From the IMG/VR virus record IMGVR_UViG_2974586480_000001: a stretch of 38,915 nt of DNA; one strand, written 5' to 3'. This document shows, piece after piece, positions 23,112-33,700 of this stretch (positions within the stretch are counted from its first letter, which is position 1; each line of letters starts with the position of its first letter). The DNA comes from a virus (taxonomy: Duplodnaviria; Heunggongvirae; Uroviricota; Caudoviricetes). The translations under genes were made by a program, and so were the position numbers. The notes beneath the pieces are model-generated. The model was not told the origin of the DNA and ran no database searches. It worked only from the letters and a program-made list of their open reading frames with translations.

Positions 23112-23138
23112 AGGCTGTGAGAAATCACGGCCTTTTCT
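23112..23138 (+). terminator. Probable intrinsic terminator
   Basis: AGGCTGTGA-GAAA-TCACGGCCT followed by TTTCT. Confidence 0.7.
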
Positions 23139-23153
23139 GTCTTTGAGGTTAAT

Positions 23154-23354
23154 ATGGAAATATTTGGATGGATTTGCCTAGTAATTCTTGCAACATTGTC
23201 AACCATAGGTCTTGTGGCAGGTTTTATAATCCAATCAGCCTTCTGTGGTATAAAATGTAGCGATGTTATCACTCTTTTTGTACTTTCAGCAATACCAGCA
23301 ATACTCTGGTATGTGGTAGTGGTAAATTTCCAATTTACAGTAATGGTTAAATAA
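23154..23354 (+). CDS. Small two-TM membrane protein
   Basis: Two hydrophobic segments; SD GAGGT. Confidence 0.55.
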   Translation: MEIFGWICLVILATLSTIGLVAGFIIQSAFCGIKCSDVITLFVLSAIPAILWYVVVVNFQFTVMVK

Positions 23355-23527
23355 AAGGGTATATAGTATGAGGTGTTTGAAATGATTTCTGACTTAGAAA
23401 AACAATACCTATTTCACAAACATGAAGCAAAACGTTTACGATTCTTTAACAAATCAGAGGAGTCTGAGCAACACTATAAAACCTCTAAATCAATCTTGTT
23501 TGAATTAAGATATGGTGGGAAACATAA

Positions 23528-24631
23528 GTGGAGTTAAAAACATTATACGGTAAGGCTAAATCTGGAAAGATAAAAGAGTGGAAAGTCTGGACAGATGGTG
23601 CAGATGTAGTTATAAGCCATGGTTATATTGATGGTAAAAAGACTATTAAGAAGATCGCATGTGAAGCTAAAAACGTTGGTCGATCTAATGAAACCTCACC
23701 ATGTGAACAGGCAATCTTTGAAGCTAAAGCCCGTTGGAAGAAGCAGGTTGATAAGTGCTATCGTGAAAGCTCGGAAGAGTGTGTAGATGTTGGGCAACTA
23801 TTACCAATGCTGGCTCATGATTATACAAAAGTTGGCCACAGAATGCCATATCCATGCCATGTTTCTCCTAAACTGGACGGAGTCCGTTGTCTATGCACTG
23901 TAACTCAAGATGATGTTGTGTTTACTTCTCGTGGGGGTAAAACTTACGCTGTCCCTACTCACCTGTGGAAATCTTTACAACAACTCAGAGACTCCCTTGG
24001 AGTGGAATCCCTTCTTCTAGATGGTGAGCTTTATATCCATGGAATGCCACTTCAAGACATTATTTCATGTGTGAAGAAACACAATGAAAACACCTTTAAA
24101 CTAGAGTATTGGGTATTTGACATTCCCAGTGAAGAGCCTTGGCATAATCGACAAATAGACCTTGAAGCATGGGTTGGCTCAGTAGCTTTAGATGGGTATC
24201 TTCCTGGCTTAGTTGTAGTTCCAAACCTTACAGCTAACTCTGAGGAAGGGGCTCGTAGTTATATGGACTCTTACCTAAAGGCAGGTTTTGAAGGAATGAT
24301 GCTCAGAAGTCCAGAGGGGATGTACGAGTATAACCACAGAAGCTCTGGTTTGATGAAATGGAAAGATTTCAAAGAGTGTGAAGCAGAAGTAGTTGATGCC
24401 TACGAAGATAGAATAGGCGAAGGTGTTCTGACTGTTAGGTTAAAAAATGGAATCCATTTTGAATGTAAGATGCGTGGCACACACGAATCAAGAATTACCT
24501 CTGAACAAATAAAACTTATCGGTAAATGGATTACAGTAAGATTTCAGCAATATACAAAAGATGGAGTCCCGCAATTCCCCGTTGGTATTTGTGTGAGGGC
24601 TGTTGATGAACAAGGAAACCCATTGGAGTAA
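23528..24631 (+). CDS. ATP-dependent DNA ligase
   Basis: Motif I PKLDGVR, III LDGELY, IIIa YWVFD, IV EGMMLR, V KWK. Confidence 0.94.
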   Translation: MELKTLYGKAKSGKIKEWKVWTDGADVVISHGYIDGKKTIKKIACEAKNVGRSNETSPCEQAIFEAKARWKKQVDKCYRESSEECVDVGQLLPMLAHDYTKVGHRMPYPCHVSPKLDGVRCLCTVTQDDVVFTSRGGKTYAVPTHLWKSLQQLRDSLGVESLLLDGELYIHGMPLQDIISCVKKHNENTFKLEYWVFDIPSEEPWHNRQIDLEAWVGSVALDGYLPGLVVVPNLTANSEEGARSYMDSYLKAGFEGMMLRSPEGMYEYNHRSSGLMKWKDFKECEAEVVDAYEDRIGEGVLTVRLKNGIHFECKMRGTHESRITSEQIKLIGKWITVRFQQYTKDGVPQFPVGICVRAVDEQGNPLE

Positions 24632-24809
24632 TATGCGAAGTGGTAGCTATACTATTTACATTTGCACTTCTGATAGCATTGGCTGTGGTAATTTACACTG
24701 ATTCAGTTATCGTGAAGGTAATGGAAAACTATGACGAAGGTGGTGATATCCACCAAGATTTGATAGATCATATAATTGATCACATGGCTAATAACGATTA
24801 AGAGGTAAC

Positions 24810-25832
24810 ATGGCTGAAATTACAAAACTTTATGAACAACTTCCTGTCTTTCAAAAACCGAAAGGTTGGGTTATTAAGTACCCCGAATTTGCTAAACTAG
24901 CTGATGAACAGATGCACAGTTTTTGGCCATGGGATGAACCTGTAGTTGATAATGATATCCAAGACCTAAGAACTAAACTCACACCAGCAGAGTTGAACGG
25001 AATTACTACGGTGCTGAAACTTTTCACGCTGTATGAAATGCACGTTGGTGAAGATTATTGGACTGGTCGTATCGGTCGCATCTTCCATAGACCAGAGATT
25101 ACGAGGATGGCAGCTCTCTTTAGTGCCGTGGAATCCAACTCCCATGCTCCATTCTATAATAAACTGAATGAAGTGCTTTACATGGATACTGAGGAGTTTT
25201 ACTCCGAATGGGAGCATGTGAAAGAACTTAGGGATAGAATTCATTTTATTGAAGATTGCGCAAAGAATGAAGATCATGGTCTGAGTATAGCATCATTCTC
25301 ATTCATAGAAGGCTCTGTACTCTATTCCAATTTTGCATACATCAAACATTTCCAATCCCAAGAATGTGGGAAGGATATGATTCGTAATGTGTGCCGTGGT
25401 GTTGATTTGTCTGTCGCAGATGAGAATACACACTCGGTTGGTGGTGCAATGCTTTATAACAAAATTGCATCTGAAATGAAACAAGTATTTAACATCGATC
25501 TTCGTGAAGTTCATCGAGAATCTATCGTCAATATGGCACACACAGTATACAATCACGAAGAAAAGATCATTGATTTAATCTTTGAACAAGACATTCAAGG
25601 TATAACTAAATACCAAATGACAGAGTTCGTGAAACATCGTATAAACCTATGCCTGAAACAACTAGGTTATGATGAGATTTTTAATGTAGAAGATACCTCC
25701 ATTGAAAAGTGGTTCTATCAGTCGATTAACAGCGTGAAGTTCCATGACTTCTTCACTGGAAACGGCTCTGAGTACAATATTCAATGGGATCGGTCTGGTT
25801 TTGGTAAAGTTTGGGGAGAAGTTAATGTCTAA
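24810..25832 (+). CDS. nrdB: Class Ia ribonucleotide reductase beta subunit
   Basis: Ferritin-like di-metal motifs ESNSH..Y, EG..LY..F, DENTH; C-terminal DFF..Y. Confidence 0.9.
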   Translation: MAEITKLYEQLPVFQKPKGWVIKYPEFAKLADEQMHSFWPWDEPVVDNDIQDLRTKLTPAELNGITTVLKLFTLYEMHVGEDYWTGRIGRIFHRPEITRMAALFSAVESNSHAPFYNKLNEVLYMDTEEFYSEWEHVKELRDRIHFIEDCAKNEDHGLSIASFSFIEGSVLYSNFAYIKHFQSQECGKDMIRNVCRGVDLSVADENTHSVGGAMLYNKIASEMKQVFNIDLREVHRESIVNMAHTVYNHEEKIIDLIFEQDIQGITKYQMTEFVKHRINLCLKQLGYDEIFNVEDTSIEKWFYQSINSVKFHDFFTGNGSEYNIQWDRSGFGKVWGEVNV

Positions 25833-27522
25833 TGGTTTTGAATCAATCTCAGCAGAGCGTAAACACCTTCAATCAATTGGAGAGGTTCCAAGTTGGTACA
25901 CAACCCAAGGATACGCATTATTCACACGAAAGTATTCTTATAACAATGAGACTGTAAAAGGTGCTTTTAATCGAATCGCATCTACATTGGCAAAATACTA
26001 CACACCAAACCCAGAAGAAGCTTTTGAAAAATTCTTTAACCTGATGTGGGATGGGAAACTATCCCCCTCAACCCCTGTTATGTCCAATACAGGAACTAAC
26101 CGTGGTATGAGTGTCTCTTGTGCTGGTAACTTTGTTGGTGACTCTGTAGAAGACTTCTACGATAGTAATGCTGAAATTGCAATACTATCAAAGCATGGTT
26201 TTGGTACTGCATCTTATTTGGGTGGGATTCGACCACGAGGCTCCTTGATTAACTCAACTGGAGCAAAAGCTGATGGTGTTGTTCCAGTGTTTGATACATA
26301 CGTAGACACTAAGAATAAAATCTCTCAAGGCTCTTCTCGTAGGGGTGAATGGGCTGGATACCTAGATGTATCTCACGGAGATTTCTGGGAACTTACTGGC
26401 TATCTACAAAAGAATCCAGCAAGTGCAAACATTGGTTGGGTTTTCGAACTGGATGATGTTGAGAAACTGATGGCTGGAGACCAAGAAGCTATTAACCGTT
26501 GGAATGAAATCATGTATATGCGTTGCCGAACAGGTAAGGGCTATATGTGGAAAAACTTCACGGCTAATGAACTTGCTCCGCAACCTGTAAAAAACAGTGG
26601 AATTAAAATCAGATCTTCTCAACTGTGCACAGAGATTGCACTTCCATCTGATGAGGATCATACTTTCACTTGTATCCTCAGTTCCTTGAACTTGGCTAAG
26701 TGGGATGAAATTACAGATGAGGACATCCAGTGGGCTCTTATTTTCCTTGATTGCGTATGTGAAGATTTCTTAGGAAAGGCTCGGAATATACGGTACATGG
26801 AGAAAGCTGTACGATTCACCGAGAAGGCTCGTGCCCTTGGTCTTGGTACTCTTGGCTTCCATACCTATCTCCAATCAAAGATGATTGCTTTTGAATCCTT
26901 TGATGCGCACATGGTAAACAATCAAATCTACAAACGTATATGGGATAATGCCCTGAAGGCCTCTCAGAAGCTCTCAGAGCTATTTGGTGAACCTGAGTGG
27001 TGTGTTGGTACAGGTCAACGAAACGCAACGTTAATAACGATTGCACCGAACATGAGCTCTGCACTTTTATGTGGATCTGTATCTCAAGGTGTTGAACCAT
27101 TGGTTAATAACGCCTACATCCAGCAATCTGCTGGTGGTGACTTTGTACGATATAACCCTCACTTTGTAGACCTTGCTAAAAAACGTGGTAAGTTTTCAGA
27201 TGAAATGATTCGCGAGATTGCGATTCACTATCGAGGTTCAGTACAACATCTTGATTGGCTAACTGATGAAGAGAAGCTAGTGTTCCGAACAGCTTATGAG
27301 ATTAATCAGCACTCAATCATCCGTCTTGCATCTTCACGCCAGCAATGGATTGACCAAGCCCAGTCTATTAACCTGTTCTTCAGTGCGGATGAAGATGAAG
27401 CTGTTATTGCAGATGTTCACAAAGAATTTCTGTTGGATCCTCGGTTGAAATCTTTATACTACCTTCGTTCAGAGCGTGGTGTAAAGGCTTCTACAGGTGA
27501 ATGTATTGCATGTGAAGGTTGA
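25825..27522 (+). CDS. nrdA: Class Ia ribonucleotide reductase alpha subunit, no ATP cone
   Basis: SPSTPV, SCAG, QLCTEI, RALGLG, APNMSSA, KSLYYLR, terminal CIACEG. ATG at 25825. Confidence 0.93.
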   Translation: MSNGFESISAERKHLQSIGEVPSWYTTQGYALFTRKYSYNNETVKGAFNRIASTLAKYYTPNPEEAFEKFFNLMWDGKLSPSTPVMSNTGTNRGMSVSCAGNFVGDSVEDFYDSNAEIAILSKHGFGTASYLGGIRPRGSLINSTGAKADGVVPVFDTYVDTKNKISQGSSRRGEWAGYLDVSHGDFWELTGYLQKNPASANIGWVFELDDVEKLMAGDQEAINRWNEIMYMRCRTGKGYMWKNFTANELAPQPVKNSGIKIRSSQLCTEIALPSDEDHTFTCILSSLNLAKWDEITDEDIQWALIFLDCVCEDFLGKARNIRYMEKAVRFTEKARALGLGTLGFHTYLQSKMIAFESFDAHMVNNQIYKRIWDNALKASQKLSELFGEPEWCVGTGQRNATLITIAPNMSSALLCGSVSQGVEPLVNNAYIQQSAGGDFVRYNPHFVDLAKKRGKFSDEMIREIAIHYRGSVQHLDWLTDEEKLVFRTAYEINQHSIIRLASSRQQWIDQAQSINLFFSADEDEAVIADVHKEFLLDPRLKSLYYLRSERGVKASTGECIACEG

Positions 27523-27523
27523 T

Positions 27524-28048
27524 ATGAAACAGGAATATACGTACGATTCAAATACTCCAGTTGATATAAGGGATTTGTGGCAAACGCCACAACCCTATTT
27601 CCAATACTGGAATGACATTTATGACTTTGAAATGGATGTGGCAGCAGCTGATTACAATCACCTTTGTCCTAGATATTTCACTGAAACAGATGATGCGTTG
27701 ACAAAGGATTGGGCAGAAACAAACTGGTGCAACCCGCCTTACAGTGACATAGGCCCTTGGGTAGAAAAGGCCATAGAACAGGTTGAGAGGGGTTGTGTGA
27801 CTGTCATGCTAGTACCATCCAACATTGACACTAAATGGTTCCAGAGAGCCTTGGAGAGCGAATATACCCGCATCCTGATTATCAGTGGTGGACGGATAAA
27901 GTTTATCAGGGCAGATACTCAAGAACCCGTTGGATCTAACCCCCGTGGTTCAATGTTTATCCTCTTTAATCCAAATACACCCAATTGGTCAACACCAAAA
28001 ATTGACACAATTTCAAATAATTTCCTAAAGGAGTTCTCTTATGACTAA
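27524..28048 (+). CDS. Phage N6-adenine DNA methyltransferase (phage Dam family)
   Basis: WQTP, DVAA, WCNPPYS, RIKF motifs. Target sequence cannot be read from the protein. Confidence 0.88.
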   Translation: MKQEYTYDSNTPVDIRDLWQTPQPYFQYWNDIYDFEMDVAAADYNHLCPRYFTETDDALTKDWAETNWCNPPYSDIGPWVEKAIEQVERGCVTVMLVPSNIDTKWFQRALESEYTRILIISGGRIKFIRADTQEPVGSNPRGSMFILFNPNTPNWSTPKIDTISNNFLKEFSYD

Positions 28049-28271
28049 TGTAAAATTCTTCACAGCGGCTTGGTGTGTAAATTGCAAAAATATTAAACCC
28101 GTAGTAGAGCAATATGCAAACGTTGAGTATGTAGATATTGATACAGAAGCTGGTATGGAAGCTGCATCTAAACTGGGGATTCGTGGAATTCCAACTCTAG
28201 TAAAAGAAGATGGTGAAAAAATCTCTGGTGCAAATATTCACAAGGTCAAGGAGTTTCTTGGGGTTATGTAA
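28041..28271 (+). CDS. Thioredoxin/glutaredoxin-like protein
   Basis: FTAAWCVNC and GIRGIPTL; follows nrdAB. Confidence 0.88.
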   Translation: MTNVKFFTAAWCVNCKNIKPVVEQYANVEYVDIDTEAGMEAASKLGIRGIPTLVKEDGEKISGANIHKVKEFLGVM

Positions 28272-28636
28272 TGGCTAAAGTTGTAAACTTATATAAAGAG
28301 CCCTACGATGTTTATATAGGAAGGTCTAAATGGGGTGAACCAAGGAATAAGTGGTGCAACCCTTTTAGATCTGAGAAAGGTGAACCCCCTTTTAGAGTTA
28401 TAAACATGTATAAAAAACACCTGTGGTCACAGATTAAGAAAGGTGAAATAACAATAGAAGATTTAATCTCATTAGATGGTAAGTCTTTGGGGTGTTTTTG
28501 TAAACCTAAACCGTGCCATGGTGATGTTATTCTGAAAGCTATAGAGTGGGCTAAAACTCAAAAAGGTAGTACCGATGGCGAGAAAGCCGAGAAAGAAACT
28601 CCCAAAGATTCTGATACTTTGGGAAATGGACTCTGA
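28271..28636 (+). CDS. DUF4326-like protein
   Basis: DVYIGR..WCNPF..LDGKSLGCFCKPKPCHGDV. Confidence 0.8.
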   Translation: MAKVVNLYKEPYDVYIGRSKWGEPRNKWCNPFRSEKGEPPFRVINMYKKHLWSQIKKGEITIEDLISLDGKSLGCFCKPKPCHGDVILKAIEWAKTQKGSTDGEKAEKETPKDSDTLGNGL

Positions 28637-28752
28637 AGAAATTGTGAAAATTGTGAACCACCTTCGGGAAAAGTTTCCAACATCTGGTCAACTGACTAGG
28701 TATGAAAAAGAACTAAACCGTAGGGCTAATAATGAATCAGTGGAGATTATGA

Positions 28753-29325
28753 ATGACTAGACTTTATGTAGCAGGCCATATGTTAACTCGTGGTGCACAG
28801 TTGCAACGAATGCATGAACGTTATGAACTGGAAGTGGCAAATCCAGAGTTACAATTTTATGTCCCTCAGGAAAATAAAGCAATAAATGATAAGAAAGCTA
28901 ATTCAAAGGATAACAAACTAGCAGAGAAGATTGTAAAACAGGATACAGATGCACTGTTCTGGGCTGATACTGTGGTAATTGAGCCACTACCGGAAGCTTG
29001 CGGTACAATGGTAGAGCTTGGTCAAATCAAGGGAATGAAGGATGTTGCAGAGCAGGTTTTAAGAATCTTGGATGACAATGACCTATCTCCCGCTGAGGCT
29101 GTAGAGGTTTTGTATGGAGAGATGTTACAACATCAAAATAGAAAAGTATACCCACACTTTGAGGATATTCGCAGGGTTGATGGGATCACTGAAACTGGTG
29201 ACCGTCGGAGCCTGGGTATTAATCAATATGTATATGGAGTATGCCTAGATTTAACAGATGGTGAAGGTTTTTACGAATGGGACAATATTGTCTCCACCCT
29301 ATCCACTAATAAGGATTCTAATTAA
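28753..29325 (+). CDS. Nucleoside 2-deoxyribosyltransferase-like protein
   Basis: LYVAG, YVPQEN, D..L..AD.VV, GT.VELG pattern of the NDT fold. Confidence 0.7.
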   Translation: MTRLYVAGHMLTRGAQLQRMHERYELEVANPELQFYVPQENKAINDKKANSKDNKLAEKIVKQDTDALFWADTVVIEPLPEACGTMVELGQIKGMKDVAEQVLRILDDNDLSPAEAVEVLYGEMLQHQNRKVYPHFEDIRRVDGITETGDRRSLGINQYVYGVCLDLTDGEGFYEWDNIVSTLSTNKDSN

Positions 29326-29903
29326 TGAACCCAGTTATTATTTTGAATGCCCCACCTCAGTCTGGTAAAGACACTCTTGCAAACGTTCTAAAGAAACGTT
29401 TTCCACTAATGCGTGAATCCTCTTTTAAACTTCCGCTGTATCATCTGTATTGCCAAACTGTAGGAATTGATTATTCAGATTTTATGGATTTATACAACAC
29501 TGTTGGCTGGAAAGACACACCAAATCCAGAGCTAAATGGTAAAACTCCGAGAGAGTTGATGATTCATATCAGTGAAAACTATATCAAACCGTTCTTTGGT
29601 GACACATATTTTGGGGAGCAAGTGTCTAAACAGATAGAGTTTTATGAGTATTCTAGAGAAGAAGAATTCTCTTGGGTGATACCGGATGGGGGGTTTGACA
29701 GCGAGACCGAACACATGCTAAAACTTCTTGGTGAAAGGTTGGTATGTATCCAGTTTACACGGGATAATAAAAATTTTGACAACGATTCCAGGAATTGGAT
29801 AAAAAACATTGACAATACTATTTGGATTGACCATCCTGGTGAACCTGAACAAATGGCAGATCTTGTTATTGAGGTGTTAACAAAACAAGGCTATGTGTTA
29901 TAA
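29325..29903 (+). CDS. Deoxynucleoside monophosphate kinase-like P-loop protein
   Basis: LNAPPQSGKDT, SFKLPL, TPRELM, IPDGGF..E. Confidence 0.75.
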   Translation: MNPVIILNAPPQSGKDTLANVLKKRFPLMRESSFKLPLYHLYCQTVGIDYSDFMDLYNTVGWKDTPNPELNGKTPRELMIHISENYIKPFFGDTYFGEQVSKQIEFYEYSREEEFSWVIPDGGFDSETEHMLKLLGERLVCIQFTRDNKNFDNDSRNWIKNIDNTIWIDHPGEPEQMADLVIEVLTKQGYVL

Positions 29904-30060
29904 CATGTGAGTACAGTCATTTTATCTCAAAATCTTACAAACTATATTTATCTTTATTTCTGTAAGGTCTTGTTTTCAAATAGACTACATAAGGAGTAGT
30001 CCTTAGAAATTCCTAAATTTTCTATTTTCTACTCCTTCTTCTTTTATATATGAGGTTTTT

Positions 30061-30234
30061 ATGAAAGTGAATATTAAAGATGTTATGAACATGAGTCCTG
30101 AAGAGTTTGACACTGTAGAAGAACTGAGTAGAACTCGAGTTTCAAGAAAAGAGATTAAGTCTAATTGGCAGTGTATTGAGGATGGTGTCAATACTCATAA
30201 TTCCAAATCTGTATCTAAATACCGTAAATGGTAA
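30061..30234 (+). CDS. Hypothetical protein (57 aa, not in ORF track)
   Basis: SD GAGGT at about 30053; manual translation MKVNIKDVMN..KYRKW. Confidence 0.5.
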   Translation: MKVNIKDVMNMSPEEFDTVEELSRTRVSRKEIKSNWQCIEDGVNTHNSKSVSKYRKW

Positions 30235-30237
30235 ATT

Positions 30238-30663
30238 ATGAGAAAAAGATATAGACCTAAAAAGGAAGATATATTAAAAGGCACTGGATATGATTCGTTA
30301 CTAGAAAAAACTTTACATGAGACCGTGCTTAAAGATGCAAGGTTCCATGAAAAAAGTGATAGAATAGGTTATACGGTGTCTCACACTTATGAGCCTGATT
30401 TTGTATATGAGAGTAATGGAAAGACATTTCTTATAGAAACAAAAGGAAGGTTTACAGATAACTCAGAGGCTAGAAAATACCTCTTTATCCGTGAAGTGCT
30501 AGACAGTGACACAGAACTTGTCTTTGTGTGGCAAAAGAGTGGAACAAAGTTCCCATTTGCTAAACGAAGGAAAGATGGTACTTATCAAACCCAAGAAGAA
30601 TGGGCTACCAAGAATGGGTTCCGTCACTGGGTTTCTGATAGTTTTACAATTGACTTACTATAA
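30238..30663 (+). CDS. Endonuclease I (T7 gp3-like resolvase)
   Basis: YDSLLE, YEPDFV, IETKGRF PD-(D/E)xK pattern. Confidence 0.85.
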   Translation: MRKRYRPKKEDILKGTGYDSLLEKTLHETVLKDARFHEKSDRIGYTVSHTYEPDFVYESNGKTFLIETKGRFTDNSEARKYLFIREVLDSDTELVFVWQKSGTKFPFAKRRKDGTYQTQEEWATKNGFRHWVSDSFTIDLL

Positions 30664-30664
30664 A

Positions 30665-30704
30665 TAAAAGAAGGGGCGGTTTTTACACCAGCCCCTTTTA
30701 TTTT
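30665..30704. terminator. Bidirectional terminator between convergent gene blocks
   Basis: A-tract, AAGGGGC...GCCCCTT hairpin, T-tract; lies between two converging stops. Confidence 0.75.
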
Positions 30705-33700
30705 ATCCAACAAATTCAATCAAGCGTCCTTTTTTCTTAGGTGCTTGACTAATGCCCTTCGCTCTAGCTTTCCCTGCAAGAGCACCACTAGCTTTGGTCT
30801 TCGACTTCAGACTAGCCTTCTCTTCTGGAGACATGTTCTCAAATCTCTCCTTATCTGCAATCAATTTCTTAACTTCAGATTCAGTCTTCAATTTGTTAGG
30901 TTGAACACCTTTCCCCATGATTGACTTAGTAAGATTCTGAGCTAAGGAACCTACCCAAGATTGATCTGCATCACCAAATCTCTCAGCTTTAACCCTATTA
31001 AACATGTCAGATGTTATCCAAGTTTCTGGATTATCTGGGAACTCAGCTTTTCTTATGGCAGCTTCTTCAAAGAGTTTTGACAACTCAGTTGTAACAGCTT
31101 TGACTTTATCATCAGATGTCTCTTTGGAGATACCTTTCATAATACCAGCTGTTTGAGCAAGGTCATCAGGTGACATGTCACTATCCAGATACTCAGATGA
31201 GTAGTGTTTAGCAACTTCTCTCAACTCTTCTTCTGTAGCCTTGTCAAATTCCTTCTGAGTGGCTTCCTCAGCACGTTTAACCTCTTCCTTGATATCTTCC
31301 TTAGGCTTAGATTCAGGTGCCTTCTGAGAAGGTTTAGCAGCCTCTGAGGTGATTCTGACTTTTTCAGATGCATTAGCTATTACGCGGTCAGTTTTATCAA
31401 CTTTCTCAGCGTACTTCTTATTAGCCTCAATCCGTTTGTCGTAATCTTGAAGCTTCTGTTTGATTTCAGCAGCCTTTTGTTTGAACTCTGCTTCTTGAAC
31501 AGTTCTATCAAGACTCCCTCTTTTAAGCCATTCGTCGAGACGCTTAACCTCTTTGTTATGTTCTTTTTGAATTCTTTCGATTTCTTTTTGAACAAGGGTT
31601 CTAGGCCCTTTGTCTCGTTTAGCTTGCTCCAAATTCTTCTTCAATCTTTGTTGAAGTTGATCTTTACGAGCTTTATAAGCAGCCTCATCAACTGTGAAAT
31701 CAGCTTGTCCTTTCTCTAGCCACTCTTCATAACGCTTCTTCTCAGCTTTAGCAAGGTCAATCTCAGCCTTCTTGGCTTTCTCAGTAAGTTCTATAATCTT
31801 GTTAATTGTAGATCTCATCTGAGCAACGGTGGGCCCTTTATCAGAACCAGTGACTTCTCTTGTGAAGTTATCAATAATCTTCTTGACATCTTCTGGAGCA
31901 TTTTTACCAGCCAAATCTGTTAAAGTTTCCTTAGCCTGTGCCATAGTTGAAAAACCTGTAGTAGCTTTAGCTTTCTCAAGATCTTTCTTGGCAGACTCTG
32001 CTTCAATTTCAGCCTTTTTACGAGCCTTCTCAGCTTCAACCTCGTTCTGAGCTTGAGCTTTTTTCTCCTCCCTACGAGCCCTAGATTCTTCAGCTAATTT
32101 CGCTTTAAGATCTTTAGCTTTTTGACGAGCTTCCTGAGTAATCCGAGATTTTTCAGCCTTGATCGAAGCTTTTAATTCAGCTTTGAATTTAGGCCCAAGT
32201 GATTCAAGACCACCTGCGTCATGTAGGTGACGAGCAACAACATCCTGACTAACCTTCTCCTCACGAGCAACATCTTCAAGAGTTCTGTTTATAGTTCTCT
32301 CTTTTTCACGGAGTGATCCAAGTTCTGTTGCTAATCTCCGGTCAAGTTTCCCTGATGGAGTCTTTTCAAGCTCTTCAATTCTTGCTCTCATTGGTTTAGT
32401 AACCAAATCAACGAATTTACGCTCTGGAGTAGCTTCTGGAGCTGTTTCTTCCTCAACCCTAGGTGTTGGCTCAGGTTCTACAACCTCTTCAGCCACAGGC
32501 TTTCTAGGAGCTCTGGAAACATCCTCAGCTTTTACTCGACTTTCAGTAACTGTCGGCTCTTCTACAGGTTCAACAACTTCTTCCTTAACTGGTGCAGTTT
32601 TCTTAGCCTTAGCCATCTCTAGGTCAACCTCACGACGAGGTGCAACTTCTGGAGTTGGTTCTGGTGTTACAACTGGTTCCTCTTTAATAATAGGAACTTC
32701 TTCAACAGGTGCAGGTTTGGTTGGTTTACGAGCAGCTCTTTGATCAGGGGCTTTCTTTGTCACCGTAGTAATTTCATCAACCACTTCAGTAGGGGCTTCA
32801 GAAACAGGTTTAGTTGGTTTTCTAGCAGCTGTTGTATCTACAGCTCGTTTTACTGGAGGAGTTTCAACTACAGCATCTGGAGCAGCTTGAACTTCACGTG
32901 CAGCCCTTCTTTCATAGCGTTCACGTTTACGTCTTTCCTTACCAGTTTCTTTACGAGGTTTAGCCATAACTTCTGGTGAAATTGTTGGAGCTTTAGTTGG
33001 CTCGGCAATTGGTTCTGGTGTAGGTTCAATTGTTGGTTCAATCCTTGCAGGTTGTCTTGCAATTCCTGCCTCTCTCCAAAGTCTTTCGTTTTCCTCAGGA
33101 GTAACCCTCTTAATAGAAGGTTCTGGAACAATTATCCCCTCATCCGCTAAGGCACTTTCAGAAGCTCTAGCAGCGACTTCTGGATCACCGCGTACAATAG
33201 CTTCATCAACAGCTGATTCCTTAACTGTGGGTTGTTTAGCCTGTATTTGTCTTGCAAATTCAGCAATTTCAGCACCACGTTTAGCAGTTGTTTCTTTAGC
33301 TTTTCTGATACGTCTTTGTGATTTAGTAGCTCCAGCGAGTTCTGCACCACGTCTTACAAGAGCGCGAGTTGCAACAAGTGGCATTGCTGCTGGGGCTAGA
33401 ATCATTGTACCAAGACCAAGAGCACCCTGAGCCCCAGAGGGTTGTACACCAGCCTTCTCACGAGATACTTGTGGAACACCATGGTGGAATGCAGGGTATT
33501 CAGACGTAAGCATTTTCTCTAAATGAGAAGCTGTCATAACATCCATAATTGGGTTGAATGAACCAGGTTTTCCATCAAAGCCTTTTAAATTATCAATTTC
33601 ACCAAGTTCAGTAGCCAACTCCATAGCGCGTCTAGATTGACGTTCAATTTTAGAAGATACATCTTTACCAGCCAGGTAGCTGTTAGAGAGTGTCGAAAGG

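Noticed and set aside
3598-27522. Introns or inteins in nrdD, polymerase, nrdA or nrdB, which are common targets in phages
   Set aside because: All four read as continuous ORFs of expected size with no intein C/S...HN motifs or intervening endonucleases.
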